Below are positions 18,885 through 28,393 of a stretch of DNA of 64,000 bases, in pieces. Each line of letters opens with the position of its first letter. Position 1 is the first letter of the stretch. Source of the DNA: Haloplasma contractile. Its GTDB lineage: Bacteria; Bacillota_I; Bacilli_A; Haloplasmatales; Haloplasmataceae. The notes under the pieces were generated by a model, which made no database searches, was not told the origin of the DNA, and saw only the letters and a list, made by a program, of their open reading frames with translations. The stretch covers positions 100,275 through 164,274 of the forward strand of contig JAENYC010000002.1 of NCBI GenBank assembly GCA_016841945.1, given 5' to 3'. The position numbers and the translations under genes are program-made.

Positions 18885-20102
18885 ATGAATACAATTAAAA
18901 AATATGAAATCGCAAAACAAATGTATAAAACAATCGGTGTAGATACTGACAAAGCGATTCAATTGTTAAGGGAAACGCCAATTTCCATACAGTGTTGGCA
19001 ATTGGATGATGTGACAGGTTTTGAAAATCGAACAACTGGATTAACAGGTGGAATTGCATCAACTGGTAATTATCCTGATAAACCAAAAAATATCGATGAG
19101 TTTAGAAAACATGCGGAAAAAGCATTAAGTTTAATACCTGGTAAAAAGAAGTTTAATCTTCACGCAATGTATTTAGATACAGATGATAAAATTGATAGAA
19201 ATGAAATTGAACCGAAACATTTTCAAAATTGGGTAAACTTTGCTAAAGAAAATAAAATAGGGTTAGATTTTAATCCAACATGTTTTTCACATCCATATAG
19301 TGAAGAAGGATTTACTTTATCGCATCAAGATGATACGATTAGAAATTTTTGGATTGAGCATGTAAAACGTACACGAATCATTAGTGATTATTTTGGGAAG
19401 GAATTAGGTGTTCGATCTGTTAATAATATCTGGATACCTGATGGATACAAAGATAAACCAATAGATCAATTAGCACCGAGAATGCGTTTAAAAGACAGTT
19501 TAGATGAAATATTTAAAGAAAAGATGAACAATCAAAATCATATAGATGCAGTTGAAAGCAAGTTATTTGGTCTTGGTAGTGAAAGCTATGTAACAGGAAG
19601 TCATGAGTTTTATACAAATTATGTCAAGAACACTAATAATGTAATCATTTGTTTAGATGCAGGTCATTATCATCCGACTGAAGTCATCAGCAGTAAAATA
19701 TCATCCTATTTAGCTTTTAATGAAGAAATTCTATTACATGTGAGCCGACCTGTCCGTTGGGATAGTGATCATGTTGTGTTGTTTGATGATGAAACAAAAG
19801 CCATCATGCATGAAATCGTAAGATGTAATGCATTAGATAAAGTCAATATCGGTTTAGACTTTTTTGATGGAAGTATTAATCGGATAGCGGCTACTGTATT
19901 AGGGTCTAGAAATACCCAAAAAGCATTATTATATGCTTTGTTAGAACCTGTACAATATTTCAAAGGACTTGAAAATAAAGGTGATTATACAAACCGATTA
20001 GCTTTAGTCGAAGAGATGAAGTCAATGCCATTTGGTTTTGTTTGGGATTATTTCTGTGAATTAGAAAATGTACCAATCAATTGGTTAAAGGAAGTAAACT
20101 AG
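18885..20102 (+). CDS. rhaA: L-rhamnose isomerase
   Basis: AAAGGAG SD, then ATG 18885. Near-colinear match to E. coli RhaA: [56 protein letters not shown](Y/F)[27 protein letters not shown]. Confidence 0.9.
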   Translation: MNTIKKYEIAKQMYKTIGVDTDKAIQLLRETPISIQCWQLDDVTGFENRTTGLTGGIASTGNYPDKPKNIDEFRKHAEKALSLIPGKKKFNLHAMYLDTDDKIDRNEIEPKHFQNWVNFAKENKIGLDFNPTCFSHPYSEEGFTLSHQDDTIRNFWIEHVKRTRIISDYFGKELGVRSVNNIWIPDGYKDKPIDQLAPRMRLKDSLDEIFKEKMNNQNHIDAVESKLFGLGSESYVTGSHEFYTNYVKNTNNVIICLDAGHYHPTEVISSKISSYLAFNEEILLHVSRPVRWDSDHVVLFDDETKAIMHEIVRCNALDKVNIGLDFFDGSINRIAATVLGSRNTQKALLYALLEPVQYFKGLENKGDYTNRLALVEEMKSMPFGFVWDYFCELENVPINWLKEVN

Positions 20103-20111
20103 GAGGATTAG

Positions 20112-21365
20112 ATGAAATTTAATCAACTATCTGAAAGAAATCAAATCGTAGATACGATGAATCGTGTATATTATAATGGTTTAACCACAACATCCGGTGG
20201 GAATATATCAATTATAAATGAAAATCAAGATATTTATATTACACCAAGTGGGAAGGATAAAGGGAATTTAAAGGAATCAGATATTGTATTAATGAAAGCC
20301 AGTGGAGAAAAAGAAGGAAAAGGTAAACCGAGTGTAGAATATCCGTTTCATAAGAATATTTATGACAAAAGAACAGATATTAAAGCAATTTTACATGCTC
20401 ATCCTTCAGGTTTGGTGGCAATCAGTGCTGCAAGATTAGTACCTAAAATCGAACTTATTGCTTCACTAAAAACATTAATTCCCCGTATCTCAATTGCTAA
20501 ATATGCTTTGCCCGGAAGCAAAGTATTAGGTGATAATATCGCAAAGGAATTTGAAAAGGGAAATGATGTTGTGATTTTAGAGAATCATGGTGTTGTAATA
20601 GGTGCTAATCATCTACAAAGGGCTTATTTAGTCTTAGAAGCACTAGAATTTTATGTAATAACACAAATCCATGCGCTTTCATTAAAAGTTAATTTTTTAT
20701 ATAATGATAAAATGTCAATACCTAATGGTATACAAACAGATCAAACATATAAAAATGATTTGATTCATGGAAGAAAAGACATTATCAATATCATAAAACG
20801 AAGTTATAATCAAAGATTATTTACTGGTTTTAGTGGAACGATTAGTAAAAGGGTTAACAATCATGATTTTATCATCACACCAAAAAATTTAGACCGAATT
20901 GAAATAGAGAAATCAGATTTAGTTTATGTAAAAGATGGGATGGTAGAAAGCAATAAAAAAGCTTGCGAAACAATGATGCTTCATCATGATATTTATAAGA
21001 ATCACCCAGAAATCAATTCGATTATGATAGCGACACCTTCTCACATCATGGCTTTTGCGATTAGTGATAAAGTGTTTGATAGTCATATCATACCAGAAGG
21101 TTATATTATGTTAAGAGAAGTTCAAAAATGTAAGCCAACGCAATATGATGACATTGTTAACACAATATCTAAAAATACACCGATTATTTTAGTAGAAAAT
21201 AATTTTGTAATAGTGGCAGGTGAGAATTTACTTCAAACCTTTGACCGTTTAGAAGTATTAGAATTTGGTGCAAACGCATTAATAAAAGCAAATCAATTTA
21301 ATAAAATCTATAACATTACAGAACAAGAAATTAAAGAAATAAATACTCATTTTGATGTGTGGTGA
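20112..21365 (+). CDS. class II aldolase/adducin-domain protein with two tandem aldolase-II domains; putative rhamnulose-1-phosphate aldolase (RhaD-like)
   Basis: Domain 1 carries HAHP (ILHAHPSGLVAISAA). Domain 2 repeats the fold (MLHHDIY...IATPSHIMAFA). Positioned between rhaA and rhaB as rhaD would be. Confidence 0.6.
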   Translation: MKFNQLSERNQIVDTMNRVYYNGLTTTSGGNISIINENQDIYITPSGKDKGNLKESDIVLMKASGEKEGKGKPSVEYPFHKNIYDKRTDIKAILHAHPSGLVAISAARLVPKIELIASLKTLIPRISIAKYALPGSKVLGDNIAKEFEKGNDVVILENHGVVIGANHLQRAYLVLEALEFYVITQIHALSLKVNFLYNDKMSIPNGIQTDQTYKNDLIHGRKDIINIIKRSYNQRLFTGFSGTISKRVNNHDFIITPKNLDRIEIEKSDLVYVKDGMVESNKKACETMMLHHDIYKNHPEINSIMIATPSHIMAFAISDKVFDSHIIPEGYIMLREVQKCKPTQYDDIVNTISKNTPIILVENNFVIVAGENLLQTFDRLEVLEFGANALIKANQFNKIYNITEQEIKEINTHFDVW

Positions 21366-21369
21366 TTAG

Positions 21370-22842
21370 ATGAAAGTTTTAGCTTTTGATTTTGGCGCTA
21401 GTAGTGGAAGAGCGCTTCTAGGCGAATATAAAGATAATAATATCAGTTTAACAGAAATTCACCGTTTTTCAAATGACCCTGTCTATGTTAATAAAACTCT
21501 TTATTGGGATATTTTAAGACTTTATCATGAAGTAAAACAAAGCATTATAAAATGTGTTGCTTTAGGTCATGATGATATTGTATCAATTGGCATTGATACC
21601 TGGGGTGTTGATTTTGGCTTATTAGATAAAGATGGAAAGCTTTTGGAAAACCCAGTTCATTATAGAGATTGTAGAACCAATCACATAATGGAAAATGTCT
21701 TTAAAGAAATCAAAAAAGAAGAGTTGTATCAAAAAACAGGTATTCAAAACTTACATTTTAATACCATCTTTCAACTCGTTTCAATTAAAAAGAAACGAAA
21801 AGAATTATTAGATAGAGCTAAAACATTATTATTTATACCAGATTTAATTGCTTATTTTCTTACAGGTAATAAAAGTAGTGAATATACAGTTGCAAGTACA
21901 TCAGGTTTATTGAACATAGATACGAATGAATGGGACAAAGAATTACTTCAACAACTAGATATTCCTTCTCATTTGTTCCCTACAATTAAACAACCAGGTA
22001 CAATTTTGGGAAAACTAAGTGAAGAAGTCGCTAAAGAATGTGGAATAAAACCAGTAGATGTTATCCTAACAGCTAGTCATGATACTGCAAGTGCAGTTGT
22101 ATCTGTTCCTATAAAGTCTAAAAATAGTGCTTATATATCTTGTGGGACTTGGAGTTTATTGGGGAAGGAATTAGAACAACCGCTTATCAATCAGGAAGCT
22201 TTAAAACACAATTTTACGAATGAAGGTGGATATAATCATAAGATTAGATTCTTAAAAAATATTAGTGGTTTGTTTTTAATGCAAGAAGTTAAAAAAGATT
22301 GGGAAAAAAGAGGACAAAAATTGTCTTATGACAAGATTAATCATTTGATAGATGAAAGTAATGAGATCACAAGTTTTGTTAATCCGGATCATCCATTATT
22401 TAGTTCGCCACTAAATATGGAAGATAAAATAAATCAATTTATTAAACATACATATCAAAAAAATTTACAAACAAAAGGAGAAATAGCTCGTTCTATATTA
22501 GAGAGTTTAGCGTTAACATATAAAAATAAACTAGAGATTTTAGAAAGTATGACTAAAGAAACCCTAGATACCTTACACATTGTCGGTGGAGGTGGAAATA
22601 GTAAACATTTATGTCAGTTTACCGCAAATGCCACGAATAAAACAGTTTTAGCAGGACCTATTGAGGCAACCGCAATAGGTAATATCATTGTTCAATTAAT
22701 CTCAAAAGCTGAAATAAAAGATATTACTACTGCTAGAAACTTAATAATAGATAATTTTGATATCAAAACTTATTATCCCAAAGATATAAAAAGATGGGAA
22801 TATAAATATAGTAAATATAAACAATTATTTAGTAAATTATAA
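21370..22842 (+). CDS. rhaB: rhamnulokinase (FGGY kinase)
   Basis: N-terminal VLAFDFGASSGRALLG matches RhaB AVDLGASSGRVML. FGGY C-terminal motifs HIVGGGGNSKHLCQ. Confidence 0.8.
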   Translation: MKVLAFDFGASSGRALLGEYKDNNISLTEIHRFSNDPVYVNKTLYWDILRLYHEVKQSIIKCVALGHDDIVSIGIDTWGVDFGLLDKDGKLLENPVHYRDCRTNHIMENVFKEIKKEELYQKTGIQNLHFNTIFQLVSIKKKRKELLDRAKTLLFIPDLIAYFLTGNKSSEYTVASTSGLLNIDTNEWDKELLQQLDIPSHLFPTIKQPGTILGKLSEEVAKECGIKPVDVILTASHDTASAVVSVPIKSKNSAYISCGTWSLLGKELEQPLINQEALKHNFTNEGGYNHKIRFLKNISGLFLMQEVKKDWEKRGQKLSYDKINHLIDESNEITSFVNPDHPLFSSPLNMEDKINQFIKHTYQKNLQTKGEIARSILESLALTYKNKLEILESMTKETLDTLHIVGGGGNSKHLCQFTANATNKTVLAGPIEATAIGNIIVQLISKAEIKDITTARNLIIDNFDIKTYYPKDIKRWEYKYSKYKQLFSKL

Positions 22843-22860
22843 TTTTTAATTAATGGAATA

Positions 22861-22906
22861 AAAAATAAAGTGAGAAATCTATGGTCAGATTTCTCACTTT
22901 ATTTTC
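22861..22906. terminator. bidirectional terminator (GTGAGAAAT-loop-ATTTCTCAC flanked by A-run and T-run)
   Basis: Read directly, between rhaB (+) and the small minus-strand gene. Confidence 0.65.
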
Positions 22907-23084
22907 TATCTTCACTCTTATGTTCTATGACTTCACTGATGTTATGAATAATAGCTCTTAATTCATCTTGAAATTCTGGATCTCGATTTTGATTTAATAA
23001 ATCATATGCCTTTTCATAGTCTTCTTGTGTATAAAAAGGTTTTGATTTTAATGATTGTATTTGTTGAAAATCTGTTTCTTTCAT
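22899..23084 (-). CDS. small hypothetical protein (61 aa)
   Basis: ATG 23084 (MKETDFQQIQ...) is preceded on the minus strand by GGTGAT. The track uses a TTG start at 23096. Confidence 0.4.
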   Translation of the reverse strand: MKETDFQQIQSLKSKPFYTQEDYEKAYDLLNQNRDPEFQDELRAIIHNISEVIEHKSEDRK

Positions 23085-23224
23085 ATTTATCACCAATTAT
23101 AGTGTTTGTTTCATATGTTGTATTTTATACATTTGTAAATAATTGTTTGAATATTATTTGATTAATTGTTTTATATGGAATAAAATATTAATGAAGTAAC
23201 TAATTAGAATTAAAGGAGAAAAAA

Positions 23225-24367
23225 ATGCGAATTATTATATATATAGGAAAAGACGGTGTAGGAAAAACAACCGTGGCTTCAATGACGGCAGTGAAACTAG
23301 CAAAACAAGGGTTAAGAACTTTAATCATGAGTTCAGATGAAACAAATAGTTTGTCTTATATATTTTCTTCGAAAATTGGGAGTCAACCAACTCAAATTGA
23401 TGAATCTCTGTGGGCTTTAGAGTATCATAAAATAACAGATGATAATTGGAATGAGATTCATAATTGGTTAAGAAGAATCATGAAATGGAAACGACTTTAT
23501 GGGGTATCAACAGATGAAATAGCGATCATTCCAGGTATTAAACAATTATTATTCATTTTAGAGATGAAACAATATTTTAACCACTATGATGTTATCATTC
23601 TAGATAGTCGTTTAATGAATGAAGTGTTAAGATTACTATCGTATCATGAATTAATAGAGGTGTGGATTAATAAATTATTTAAATCTGAACGATATCTTTT
23701 AAAAGTGGTAAGACCATTAACAAAAGTGGTGTCTATTGGCTTTGAAGTACCTAATAAAAAGGTTATTTTAAGTGGTGAGGTCCTGATGAATGAAATCCTA
23801 GATTTGCAGAAAATACTTTTAAATCAGAAGATAACTTCATTTAGGTTGGTTTTAGATTATGATGATTTTACAATTTCTAAGGCAAGAAGGAATTTTACAT
23901 ATCTAAATATGTTTGGTTTTCATATTGATTCAATAATGGTTAATAAACAATTACCAAGTGAGGTGATGACAGGTTATTTTTCTAACTGGTATCAGAAGCA
24001 ATTAATCAATAGTAAAGAAATACTCGATAGTTTTAATCCGCTTCCGATATTTCACATTCCTTTTATGGATAAACCTATACAAGGAATTAATAATTTAGAG
24101 AAAATAGGATGTGATATATTGAGTGAGGTGGATGTATATAGTATACTCTATGAAGGTAAGATACAACAGATTAATGATAAAGAGTTAAAAATTATAATCC
24201 CACATTATAATTCAGATTGTATACAATATATTTATAACCAACAAGAATTAACCATACAAATTGAATCCTATAGTCGCATTATATTTTTGCCTTATATATT
24301 GATGAAGAAAACGATGGATGAAGCTTATTTTGAGGATAATATATTAACCATAAAATTTAAAGATTAA
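23225..24367 (+). CDS. ArsA/GET3-family P-loop ATPase homolog with HSP20-like C-terminal domain (ArsA_HSP20-type), motifs degenerate
   Basis: IIYIGKDGVGKTTVASMTAVKLAKQGLRTLIMSSD resembles the ArsA deviant Walker A (GKGGVGKT) but with G>D. The switch-II DTAPTGH is replaced by DSRLMNE. The C-terminal ~90 aa is beta-rich and HSP20-like. No ars genes nearby. Confidence 0.5.
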   Translation: MRIIIYIGKDGVGKTTVASMTAVKLAKQGLRTLIMSSDETNSLSYIFSSKIGSQPTQIDESLWALEYHKITDDNWNEIHNWLRRIMKWKRLYGVSTDEIAIIPGIKQLLFILEMKQYFNHYDVIILDSRLMNEVLRLLSYHELIEVWINKLFKSERYLLKVVRPLTKVVSIGFEVPNKKVILSGEVLMNEILDLQKILLNQKITSFRLVLDYDDFTISKARRNFTYLNMFGFHIDSIMVNKQLPSEVMTGYFSNWYQKQLINSKEILDSFNPLPIFHIPFMDKPIQGINNLEKIGCDILSEVDVYSILYEGKIQQINDKELKIIIPHYNSDCIQYIYNQQELTIQIESYSRIIFLPYILMKKTMDEAYFEDNILTIKFKD

Positions 24368-24378
24368 TAGAAAAAAAT

Positions 24379-24416
24379 AAAACTTTAGTCTATAATAGAA
24401 CTAAAGTTTTATTTTT
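24379..24416 (+). terminator. rho-independent terminator (AAAACTTTAGT-loop-ACTAAAGTTTT + ATTTTT)
   Basis: Read directly, between the ArsA-like gene and the membrane-protein pair. Confidence 0.6.
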
Positions 24417-24427
24417 GGGGAGATATT

Positions 24428-25231
24428 ATGCAAGTTATACAGTACGGGAATATTTATTATTTTGGATTTATTATGATAGGTATTGTGTTAACTATCGGGT
24501 GTGTATTTTTACTTCGAAACAAAAGTAGAAAATATATTCACAATTTTATCTTTATATTATTAGTATCAGCTTTTGTCCTTCATTTTCTTAAACTCTTGTT
24601 TGAACCTTATGTTAGTGGTTTGCCACAAACAATTAGAAAATCTACATTTGAAAACATATGTGCTGTGAGTACTTTATTGTTTCCTTGGTTTTATATATCG
24701 AAAAAGAAGTATTTACATGATTACATGGTTGTAATTGGTATATTAAGTGGTCTTTCAGCTTACATCATACCAACTGAAGCCTTAGGAAAAGATGTTTATA
24801 CATTTGATGTGATTCGCTTTTATTATGCACATTTGATTATTTTTTTAGCACCATTTCTGATGGTGTATTTTAAACTATATCGATTGGAATTAAAAAGAAT
24901 CTTTTTTATCCCATTTATTTTTTATGGCATCCTTGCTATAATTTTAATTAATGAAATAATCTTAATCACTATAGACTATGTAGAGGGAGATTTTAATTCT
25001 TTATTTGATCCGAATTACAGAAATTCATCTTTTATATTTGGACCTACAGAGTACTTTCAAAATGCTAGATGGATACTCACAATGTTTGTCCCTAAGTTTT
25101 TAATAATCCCTTTTTACTGGCCTATTATTTGGTTAATGATTCCAGCATATCTTTATATATGTCTATTTGGATTCATCATATGGTTAATATTTAATGGTAA
25201 AGAAATAAAAATAAGGAGTAAGAGAATATGA
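24428..25231 (+). CDS. polytopic integral membrane protein (YwaF/TIGR02206-like?), paralog 1
   Basis: RBS GGGGAG. About 7 TM helices. ENICAVSTLLFPWF region is analogous to the FPFHLC motif of the next gene. Confidence 0.45.
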   Translation: MQVIQYGNIYYFGFIMIGIVLTIGCVFLLRNKSRKYIHNFIFILLVSAFVLHFLKLLFEPYVSGLPQTIRKSTFENICAVSTLLFPWFYISKKKYLHDYMVVIGILSGLSAYIIPTEALGKDVYTFDVIRFYYAHLIIFLAPFLMVYFKLYRLELKRIFFIPFIFYGILAIILINEIILITIDYVEGDFNSLFDPNYRNSSFIFGPTEYFQNARWILTMFVPKFLIIPFYWPIIWLMIPAYLYICLFGFIIWLIFNGKEIKIRSKRI

Positions 25232-26010
25232 TAGAGTTTATTCGTAAATTTTTTGGTTATTATCAGTATGAAAATGAAGAAGGTGTTCTTGGGCTACCTG
25301 AACCCTTTAAAGATGAACTAGGCCAAGGTGCATTTTCTGACTGGAGACATTTTGTTTTTATTATCTTAGTTGTTTTATTATGTGCTATCTTATACCAAGT
25401 CTTTAAAAGATATAAAAGTGCCGGGATTAGAACCGTCTTCGTATTATCTATTATGATGTTTACAGTTCGGGTAATTAACCAAGTGGCAAGAGCGATAATG
25501 GGGGCCGAAAATCCAGCGTTACGAGCGTTTCCCTTTCACTTGTGTACCGTGATGTCTTTCTTATTACCACTTGTTGTGATATTTAATTGGAAAAAGCTTA
25601 AGACACCTGTATATACTTTATCCATGATGGGTGGTATTATTACCATTATATTAGGCGAATATTTTGAAAATCAATTCTTAACCTTTTCTGCTTTAGAAGG
25701 GATGAGTGCCCATACCATATTAGTACTCATTCCAATTATTGAAATAGCAACAGGAGAGTTTAAGTTTGAGTTTAAAAAAGCATGGACAGTTTTTATTGCC
25801 ATGGTAATATTAATGTTGTGGGCAACCCTAGCCAATGAAGTTTTCTTTAGAGGATATGATACAAACTATATGTATTTAAAAGAAAATGGATTGCCTGATA
25901 ATTTGGGTGGAGATGTTTATTTCTTAATATATGTAGTGATTTTCTTATTGATGTTTTCCATAATATTTGGGATTCCATCCCTATATCGCAAGATAAAATA
26001 TAAAAATTAA
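25228..26010 (+). CDS. polytopic integral membrane protein (YwaF/TIGR02206-like?), paralog 2
   Basis: 4-nt overlap with the upstream gene (translational coupling). FPFHLCTVMSFLLP motif. Multiple TM helices. Confidence 0.45.
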   Translation: MIEFIRKFFGYYQYENEEGVLGLPEPFKDELGQGAFSDWRHFVFIILVVLLCAILYQVFKRYKSAGIRTVFVLSIMMFTVRVINQVARAIMGAENPALRAFPFHLCTVMSFLLPLVVIFNWKKLKTPVYTLSMMGGIITIILGEYFENQFLTFSALEGMSAHTILVLIPIIEIATGEFKFEFKKAWTVFIAMVILMLWATLANEVFFRGYDTNYMYLKENGLPDNLGGDVYFLIYVVIFLLMFSIIFGIPSLYRKIKYKN

Positions 26011-26041
26011 AAAAGTTGCCTCGATTGAGGCATCTTTTTTA
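26011..26041 (+). terminator. rho-independent terminator (TGCCTC-gatt-GAGGCA + TCTTTTTT)
   Basis: Read directly. Confidence 0.7.
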
Positions 26042-26079
26042 GAAAGGGAGTGGTAACGATTTGTTAAAGTGTTAAAATA

Positions 26080-26190
26080 TTAGCAATAATATCCTCCACC
26101 ATTGTAGCATGTGCAACCGATGATGGCTAACAAAATAAATAGTACAAGAATTGTACCAAATGTATTATATCCACTATATCCTTGACCCAT
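26080..26190 (-). CDS. tiny YjcZ-like transmembrane protein (36 aa), not in the ORF track
   Basis: Minus strand: RBS AAGGGAGGG, 7 nt, then ATG. Translation MGQGYSGYNTFGTILVLFILLAIIGCTCYNGGGYYC* is a Gly/Tyr-rich N-terminus plus a single TM helix, as in the YjcZ/TIGR01732 tiny-TM family of Bacillales/Clostridia. Confidence 0.6.
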   Translation of the reverse strand: MGQGYSGYNTFGTILVLFILLAIIGCTCYNGGGYYC

Positions 26191-26225
26191 AAATTTCCCT
26201 CCCTTCTTTTAGAATTATATAATTA

Positions 26226-26324
26226 TTAATAGTAATTATAACAAGTACAACCAATAATGACTAATAGGATAAATAAAACTAAAATTGTACCATACATATT
26301 ATATCCACTGTATCCACCAGACAT
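26226..26324 (-). CDS. tiny YjcZ-like transmembrane protein (32 aa), tandem paralog, not in the ORF track
   Basis: Minus strand: RBS AAAGGAGGAG, then ATG. Translation MSGGYSGYNMYGTILVLFILLVIIGCTCYNYY*. About 80% identical to the adjacent copy. Confidence 0.6.
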   Translation of the reverse strand: MSGGYSGYNMYGTILVLFILLVIIGCTCYNYY

Positions 26325-26568
26325 TATGACTCCTCCTTTTTTAATGGTTATTATAAGGTATGATAAATAATACGACTGTATTTAATTGATACGCATAATA
26401 TGATTAAATTTAATCAAAAACAAATATATATCCTTTGCTTATATTTGAATTAAATCATTTATCATTTATTGTATAATGGTATAATTAAGAAAAAAGGATG
26501 ATAACTGTTGAAAAAACTAATCAATTTTCTTACAATAATAGAGATAATAATATAATGGAGGTTCAAAA

Positions 26569-27606
26569 ATGACAATTAGTAAAACACCACTATTTACAGT
26601 TCATAATCAAACCGTATATGAATATTCACTTTCAAATGATAAAATCAGTGTATCCTTTATTAATATAGGGGCATCAATAGTAAGTTTTAAAGACCTAGGA
26701 AAAAAAATAGATATTATTGTATCACACGACGATAAAAAAATGTATCTCACAAATCCAGGTTATTTAGGGAGTATAACCGGAAGACATGCCGGTAGAATTA
26801 AAGATGCAAAGTTTATTATTGATGATGAAACTTATCATGTTCCAAAAAATTTCTTGGATAAACATCATTTACATGGTGGTGATCAAGGTTTTAGTTTTAA
26901 GTATTTTGAAGCGACTCTATTAAAAAATAGTATTAAGTTTAAGGCAACGAGTCCTCACATGGAAGCTGGGTATCCTGGTTCTATCAAACTTGAAGTGATT
27001 TATACTATTAAAGATAATGAATTACATATAGAATATAGTGCCACCACGGATAAAAAAACAATATTGGAACTCACCAATCATGCGTATTTTAATTTAGATG
27101 GTAGTACAAAAGAAGGGATTAAAGACCATTTGTTATCTATTAATGCAGATGATTATTTAGTGATAGATGATGAATTAATACCACTAAAAAAAGCATCAGT
27201 TAAAAATACACCATTTGATTTCAGAAAATTTAAAAGTATTGGAAAAGATTTAACATGTGATGAAAAACAATTAAAAACAACAAATGGCTATGATACACAG
27301 CTTATTATCAATAAAAAAGTGAATGAGTTCGTACATGCAGCCACTTTAAAATCAAACAAAACTAATCTTCAATTAGATATCTTTAGTGACCAAGATGTAC
27401 TTGTTTTATATACAGGTAATTATCTTGATGAAACTTATCAGTTTGATAATGGACAAAAAGGGTATCCCTATGCGGCAATATGTTTAGAATCACAAGGAAT
27501 ACCTAATTCTATCAATATGAAAGAGTATAAAGATAGAGATATTTATACAAAAAATACCCCCTATAAACAACATACTGTATGGAAATTAACAGAGTGTAAG
27601 GACTGA
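26569..27606 (+). CDS. aldose 1-epimerase (galactose mutarotase family)
   Basis: RBS GGAGG. Aldose-epimerase features (HLHGG...GF, NHAYFNL). An extended -10 (TGGTATAAT) lies about 85 nt upstream. Confidence 0.7.
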   Translation: MTISKTPLFTVHNQTVYEYSLSNDKISVSFINIGASIVSFKDLGKKIDIIVSHDDKKMYLTNPGYLGSITGRHAGRIKDAKFIIDDETYHVPKNFLDKHHLHGGDQGFSFKYFEATLLKNSIKFKATSPHMEAGYPGSIKLEVIYTIKDNELHIEYSATTDKKTILELTNHAYFNLDGSTKEGIKDHLLSINADDYLVIDDELIPLKKASVKNTPFDFRKFKSIGKDLTCDEKQLKTTNGYDTQLIINKKVNEFVHAATLKSNKTNLQLDIFSDQDVLVLYTGNYLDETYQFDNGQKGYPYAAICLESQGIPNSINMKEYKDRDIYTKNTPYKQHTVWKLTECKD

Positions 27607-27610
27607 TGAT

Positions 27611-28300
27611 ATGCATCATTGTGAAACGTGTAAAAATAATGTTTGTACCAAAAGAGTCCCTATTTTTTCATTATTAAATCATGATGAGTTAAATAAAATC
27701 ATCAATTTGATAAACAGAAAAGTATATAAAAGAAATGAAATTATTATATTAGAAGGACAATATTTAAAAAACTTAGTGATTATTAATAATGGAAAAGTGA
27801 AAGCCTTTAAAAACACGATTGATGGGAAACAACAAATCTTATATATCTTTTCATCTGGAGATTTTTTTGGTGAAAAAAGCTTGTTTATGAATGAAAAAGC
27901 TTCATATAGTATTGAAGCTTTAGAAGAAACGAGTATTTGTATGATTGGGAAAAAAGATTTTCAAAATCTTTTAAGTCAATATCCTAATATTGGTCTTAAG
28001 ATTATGGAAGAACTATCTAAAAGAATTGAAAGATTAGAAAATGCGATTGAAAATATGGGAACGAAAAGCGTTGATGCAAGGATATATGATGTATTACTAG
28101 AATTTGCTAAATCCTATGGAACACAAGAAAAAGAAGGGATATTAATTGACTTACCTTTAAGTAGAGAAGGAATAGCGAATTATATCGGTTTAACAAGAGA
28201 AACGGTTAGTCGGAAACTCAGTAATTTACAAGAAGAAAATATTATTAAAATGATTGGTAATAAAAAGATTTTAATTAAAGATAAACATAAACTTTTTTAG
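27611..28300 (+). CDS. Crp/Fnr-family transcriptional regulator with N-terminal Cys cluster (FNR-like sensor?)
   Basis: N-terminus MHHCETCKNNVCTKR carries three Cys. cNMP-binding-like beta-roll. C-terminal HTH REGIANYIGLTRETVSRKLSNL. Confidence 0.7.
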   Translation: MHHCETCKNNVCTKRVPIFSLLNHDELNKIINLINRKVYKRNEIIILEGQYLKNLVIINNGKVKAFKNTIDGKQQILYIFSSGDFFGEKSLFMNEKASYSIEALEETSICMIGKKDFQNLLSQYPNIGLKIMEELSKRIERLENAIENMGTKSVDARIYDVLLEFAKSYGTQEKEGILIDLPLSREGIANYIGLTRETVSRKLSNLQEENIIKMIGNKKILIKDKHKLF

Positions 28301-28328
28301 TTTATGTTTTTTATTATTTAATCATACT

Positions 28329-28342
28329 ATGATTCAAATCAC
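28329..28342. promoter_or_regulatory. FNR/CRP-type box aTGAT-tcaa-ATCAc about 50 nt upstream of the ScdA/RIC gene
   Basis: Read directly. Matches TTGAT-N4-ATCAA at 8/10 positions. Confidence 0.45.
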
Positions 28343-28393
28343 AGTAATAATATGAAAAAGCTTGTAATATATAGGTTAGAAGGAGGAATGAAA

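Noticed and set aside
23225-24367. Annotating the ArsA-like gene as an arsenite pump ATPase
   Set aside because: Single half-size ArsA unit, degenerate Walker A and switch II, HSP20-like tail, and no arsR/arsB/arsC/arsD nearby.
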